Assembly: GCA_049999805.1 (NCBI GenBank)
Contig: JBNGIO010005794.1
Location: forward strand, 65,102 to 115,717
Reading direction: 5' to 3'
Source of the DNA: Folioceros fuciformis
Lineage: Eukaryota
DNA length: 50,616 nucleotides
Below the pieces are notes generated by a model. The model worked only from the letters and a program-made list of their open reading frames with translations. It did not search any database and was not told the origin of the DNA. Both the position numbers and the translations under genes were made by a program. This document shows, piece after piece, positions 45,729-50,616 of this stretch (its first letter is position 1; each line of letters opens with the position of its first letter).

Positions 45729-47543
45729 TCAGGCAAGGGGGCTCTTGTTTGCCATCCCGTAAACCGACGTCGACATGCCTTCCTTACGGGCCTTGATCTG
45801 CAGAGCCAGAATGAGGGAGTAGAACCTGTCCTGCTGCAGATTACCACCATGGAACCACAGCCCCGGCTGCCGGGTCGGCTTCCACATGTTCCGCAGCTCA
45901 CCTTCCCACGGCCCAGGGTCCTTGGCCGTCCCGAATCCTAAACCCCAGGTTCTTCCAACTTTATCCGCCACCTCCTTCGACACCAGCTTCTCCGCCCAGC
46001 CCGTCATGGAGCCGTATCCGGTCGCGTACACCACCAGCTCCGCCGGCAAATGCTCGCCGTTCGACAATCGCACGCCATCGGGCATAAGCTGCTCCACACT
46101 CACACCACTCTTGAGCTTGATCTCCCCGTCCGCGACCAGATCTGAGGCCCCCACGTCAATGTAGTACCCTGAGCCCCGAGTGAGGTAGCCTCCGAACAGT
46201 CCTGCGCGGGTGTCCCCCGGTCCGACCAGAAACCCAACCTTCTTCAATCTCGCATAGAGGTTGGCGTCCGTGTGCGCAACCCATTCCGCGACCCCGGCCA
46301 GCGTACGCATCCAGATCGCATACGGCGTGGAGGCGAAGACGAGGTCGGCGTCCTCGACGGGGAAGGCAGATCGCTCCATATATAGCGGGGTTAAGGTTTG
46401 CAGCACCGTCGAGACGCGCACAATGTGCGTCTCGCTGCGCTGCACCATGGTCACGTCGGCGCCGGCCTCCCACAGATCCGCGCATATGTCGTGCGCGGAA
46501 GTGTTGCTTCCGATGACGACGCACTTTTTCCCGGCAAACTTCTCAGGGCCGACATAGCCGCTGCTGTGGCAGAGCACGCCCTGGAAAGAATCCGCGCCGG
46601 GGATGCTCGGAATGTTAGGAATTCCAGACATGCCGGTGGCCAGCACCAGATGCGAGGGACGGAGAATGACGGTCCCCTCTTTCTCGCCCTCTCCACCCTT
46701 CCGCAACACCTTCACCTCCCAGCGCGATTCCGCTTCGTCGTAACTCGCAGATTTGCACTCCGAATGGGTCCAGTAGTCGAGCTCCATGATTTTGGTGTAG
46801 CATTCTAGCCAGTCCGCCATCTTGTCCTTGGGGGAAAAGATAGGCCAGTTGTCCGGGAACGGAAGATAGGGCAGGTGATCGAACCAGACGGGATCGTGAA
46901 GGCAGAGCGACTTGTATCTGGAGCGCCAGGAATCTCCCGATCGAGCCTGTTTCTCCAATATGATGCAGCTCACTCCCAGGCGACGAAGGCGAGCTCCCAG
47001 CACGATCCCTGCCTGCCCCCCGCCCACGATAACGCAGTAAGGCTGCGTGCTGTAGCCGAGCCGGGCGCGCTCGGCAGCCGTCTCCTCCAGCTGTGTCTTC
47101 CGGTCTCGGTGTAGTCCCTCCGCCGCGCCCCTGGGCCGCCGGGGCCCGGCCAGCTCTTCATGACCTTTGAGCTCCGTCACGGCCGTGAGCAGAGTCTGGC
47201 ATTTCCCGGACCCCTTGCTGATCCGAACCACGCCGCGGCCCCGGGCCACGGCCGTCTCGAAGCGGATGAATGCCTGGAGGACGGGAAGGCCGTCGGAATC
47301 CGCCTCTATCGCCTCTCCGACCACCTCCCACTGCTGCGGCTTCACTCCGCGTAGGGTGGCTGTGAGCAGGGCGACGATGTCCGCGCGGGATTCCGCGGTG
47401 TAGATGTTCCAGGTGAAGGCGAGCAGATCCCTCCAATAGCATCCATTCTCCTGAAACAGCTCCGCAGCGGATTGCACTTGCAGTTCCTGCAGCGCCTCCT
47501 GGAATCGGGCCAGCCAAGCCTTTACCTGCTCAGTGGCCGCCAT
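45729..47543 (-). CDS. Bacterial-type flavin-containing monooxygenase (CzcO/YUCCA-related FMO superfamily) with N-terminal NTF2/SnoaL-like region, intronless
   Basis: 604 aa from ATG 47543. YWRDLLAFTWNI, IVGGGQAG (FAD), WRSRYKSLCLHDPVWFDHLPY, FQGVLCHSS (FxGxxxHS), VIGSNTSAHD (NADPH), GSGYYIDVGAS, ATGY, KDPGPWEGELRNMWKPT.QPGLWFHGGNL. Visibly more GC- and CpG-rich than its neighbours. Confidence 0.92.
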   Translation of the reverse strand: MAATEQVKAWLARFQEALQELQVQSAAELFQENGCYWRDLLAFTWNIYTAESRADIVALLTATLRGVKPQQWEVVGEAIEADSDGLPVLQAFIRFETAVARGRGVVRISKGSGKCQTLLTAVTELKGHEELAGPRRPRGAAEGLHRDRKTQLEETAAERARLGYSTQPYCVIVGGGQAGIVLGARLRRLGVSCIILEKQARSGDSWRSRYKSLCLHDPVWFDHLPYLPFPDNWPIFSPKDKMADWLECYTKIMELDYWTHSECKSASYDEAESRWEVKVLRKGGEGEKEGTVILRPSHLVLATGMSGIPNIPSIPGADSFQGVLCHSSGYVGPEKFAGKKCVVIGSNTSAHDICADLWEAGADVTMVQRSETHIVRVSTVLQTLTPLYMERSAFPVEDADLVFASTPYAIWMRTLAGVAEWVAHTDANLYARLKKVGFLVGPGDTRAGLFGGYLTRGSGYYIDVGASDLVADGEIKLKSGVSVEQLMPDGVRLSNGEHLPAELVVYATGYGSMTGWAEKLVSKEVADKVGRTWGLGFGTAKDPGPWEGELRNMWKPTRQPGLWFHGGNLQQDRFYSLILALQIKARKEGMSTSVYGMANKSPLA

Positions 47544-49209
47544 CGCCAACTATCTTTAGGCCTCGATCCTCGCCCTCGGCTGGAGTTGGACCGGTCCCTT
47601 GCTTTCCTCACCTGATACTTGGTTACCTCACCCTTGCAGCGGACACCGAAGATAAAAAGCCTGGTCCCAGAGCTCGGTAGGTGCCAGGTAGGTGAGGTCG
47701 GGCCGGCTGGCATCCTGGGAACTAGCAGCATCTATGCCAGCATTTCCGGATTGCACTGTCCCCAACCCATTGAGTCTCCCCAGGACACCTCGGGTAACTC
47801 TTGTTATGATATATCTAATTTGTAAGGTAAAGATTTCTAATATCCAGAGCAGACCGACGACTGAACCGTTACGGTAACGCTAGCCAATGAACAGAGGTAC
47901 ACATGTATGTAGTGTGCATTCTGTACATGACCTGGTAGAGAAGCAGACGGCCCGGGGCCCGACATGAGCTTGTACTGTACAATGATCCTGAAGATCCGGA
48001 TTTTACCCTGTCGCGGAGGTTGATGACAAAACGATGCTCGCCGACCGGTCGGTCACGGACTACCTTCCTCGTTGATCGCCACACTTCCTGGTTGAGCTGC
48101 TTTATTCCCGATCTCATCTCGCCTTCGCATTGTTGCCTGACGAGATGACGGTTTTGGATTTGCAGATCGTGCAAAAGTTCTCATGAGGGGGCCAAAAGCC
48201 GGTCACATGCCTTCTGCCTGTGTACAGTACAGGACGCTACATATTTTGGCACATGGGCCTAGGAAGATGCTTCGTGAACACGAGCCGGACGCTCGTGTCA
48301 CCAATTAATGAGCCAACAAATCAGGCGCGAGAAAAGGTGCAAAACATAACCTCCCGCTTTTTGGGGTCTCCCAGCCCATTCCGATGGGGTACATACATAT
48401 GGATGTACTCGCTTTCCCATCGATACCCGATGGCCATTAAGGCAAATACGGTCAGCAGACCCGTGCGGATGCGCAACCCGACGTACCGTGGCTTCATATC
48501 GACATACACCACATAGCAGCAACATCAGTTTGTGGTTCCCGTCGCATACTCGGGTTTTTTCACCCTCTCTCTACCTGCATTTCCATACCTGGCTTTCCAT
48601 ACCCGGGATGGAAGGATTTGAAACCCGTCGATTTGAAGTCCAGGTTTCAAATCAGCTTTTCAAAGCTGTGCACTTCTCATCGCGGGGTGAACCGATGCGA
48701 CAAGACGCCTAATCTCCTACCCAGTGCAGATGTAGTCGGCTGGCTTCCTGGCGGTTTTTGTGTCCAGGAGGAAAGTGGGTGTGCTAGTTGAGACTGAGTT
48801 TTGGGTTGCGAGGATGCGTAAGCTCAGGATCTATTTGGTGGCATCAGGGCTGTGCTGGGATTTCTATCAAGATGGCAGAACTCGCAATGGTTCTGGCCCA
48901 GGTCCTGCTCAAGGTGGTTTTGCTGGCGCACGACTTGTGGGCTCCCAAAAGCTAGAGCTATCAAGTGGTTGCGGAGCTGAGCCTGCTGGAGAAGAACTTG
49001 GAACACAACATGATGGCGCTGGGCGGCAACTAGTTTTGTCGCAGGAACACAGCAGCTTGGGCTCTTGGCATGTGTCTTGCAAGCAGCTGCGTAATTGTTT
49101 GCTCCCTCTGATACTGGTGTATGCGGTGCAGTCACTAATAAGAGTGAACTTGTGTTTGTCATTTTGTAGGGGCCTTGGAATAGGAACTTCGGCACGCAAT
49201 CAAGGATGG

Positions 49210-50616
49210 TGTGGGGTTAAAATATGGTACCCAGGGGTACCGCGAGGTCCACACAAGCCCTCTGTGTCTCTGTAGCTCTGGGATTCGATCCCAAGGGAAT
49301 GATTCGTGTTAAACTACACAGGTTAGCTTCTAAAGTCAATTAGCACCCAAACTCGACTGACCCACGCACACACGTCCCGTGCTCAGTCCTTACCTAGTCC
49401 CCTTACTTCTCCCACCAGACGACCCTCCTACCACCCAGTCGCACCAGGGACTACCTCCCCCTGGACTACTCTTGGTGGCCCACCGGACTACCCTCCGTTC
49501 CCCAATGGACTACTACTGTCGTCTTTCGGGCTACCACTCGTGGGTCCCACTCCCTCTCTCTTTCTCTCTCTAGGATTTCCTCTCTCTCCGAGTCGTCCCT
49601 ACCCGACTGTTTTCTCGCGCCTTCCCTTTTGCGCTTTCCTTCCTTGGTTCTCCGCAAAATAGCCTCTCACCCTCAGGATCAAACGCACACACATATGAAC
49701 AACGACAATCTGCCGGTCACCTTCCACCCGTGTGATTTTACACTCTAGGTACACCCTCTGTAGTCTCAAATCAACTTCCTCACAATCTCTCCATCCTCAT
49801 CGCGACTAGTCACTCATACTCACCACGTCTCGTTACACATTACTCACCTTGCTTCCAAGGTTTCTCCGGCTTCGTTCTCCACTCACCAATTCTCGTTATA
49901 CGTTCTCCTCGTCTCTGGTTACTCGCTTCTCCTCTTTCTCACACACGCGCACCCTCGTGCTTCTTCTTTATCCACTCCTCCGTCTCCTTTCTCAGCAATG
50001 CCCCTCCTGGGCTTCCATGAACATTGAGGAATGGTGAGGTACCGGAGCTAAGGGAAGAGGGACCTCTTCCACTTCGAACTCGCGGATTCGGCTCCGACAC
50101 CCACACCACCCACGTGACCACTCCGAGGATAGCTAGGGAGCTTCTCTCCCACTCGACGAGGCTCCTCCTCCCGATTCGTCCCCGGACCCAATCACGGAGC
50201 GCCCACCACCTACACCCGCACCCCAGGTTGCTACGTGCGCTCGCTTGCCTGGACCCCCTGTCCAGCAACGGCCATCGCTAGGTTTCTGCAAGGTCGACTG
50301 CTCAGCTGGTGTTTTGCTACTTCCTTAGGCCTTCAAACCGGCCTCTTGTACACGGTGATGGAGGTTTTTCCGCCATAAAGTCTGTCAGGCAAGGGGGCTG
50401 CGCTCTTAAATTCTGAGCGACTTGGGTCCAAATAAAGCACGCTAAAAAAAACTATTCTAGCCTGCATTTACTATCGCCCTGTCCTGCGCCGCTGGCGGCT
50501 TCCTCCTGGCCTTCGCACGTCACCCCTCACTGCTCTTCCTCTCGCTCTTCTGCCCCTCCGTTGATCCGGCATGTCCTCCCAGAGGATCTCCACATCACTG
50601 CTGCTGCTGCTGGGCC
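49210..50616. mobile_element. LTR of the same family as 2100-4581 (runs off the window)
   Basis: Starts TGTGGGGTTAAAATATGGTACCC. Shares GAGGTCCACACAAGCCCTCT, TAGCTCTGGGATTCGATCCCAAGGGAATGATT and CAGGGACTACCTCCCCCTGGACTACTC with 2100-2400, then diverges. Confidence 0.85.

Noticed and set aside
47869-49200. Short ORFs upstream of the FMO and a PBS-like TGGCATCAGGGC at ~48839
   Set aside because: No recognisable domain, and the PBS-like motif is not adjacent to an LTR end.

Overview
Compact, intron-containing land-plant nuclear DNA. It is most likely from a hornwort: this is inferred from the co-occurrence of DYW:WW-type and GRP-ending DYW:KP-type PPR editing factors and from short (~70-130 bp) introns. 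From left to right: (1) 1-7.6 kb is a nest of decayed transposons: an LTR end, a CACTA-type end, a DUF7869-like transposase pseudogene split by a 2.48-kb solo LTR with a perfect ATCCT TSD, and a hAT remnant. (2) 8.1-21.1 kb is a head-to-tail cluster of four intronless PLS-class PPR RNA-editing factor genes: one open WW-type gene lacking the deaminase core, one intact DYW:KP(GRP) putative U-to-C editor, and two KP pseudogenes. It is bracketed by two inverted copies of one hAT family. (3) 26-48 kb holds a full-size ABCG/PDR transporter, LpxC, a HASTY/exportin-5-like gene and an intronless, GC-rich, bacterial-type flavin monooxygenase (HGT candidate). (4) A second copy of the LTR starts at 49210. 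The most notable signal is an OSB-type 'PDF' single-stranded nucleic-acid-binding motif fused N-terminally to the DYW:KP PPR editors. Across the four paralogs it is intact, slightly eroded, deleted in frame, or frameshifted out. All calls come from reading the sequence and recalled motifs; no searches were run.
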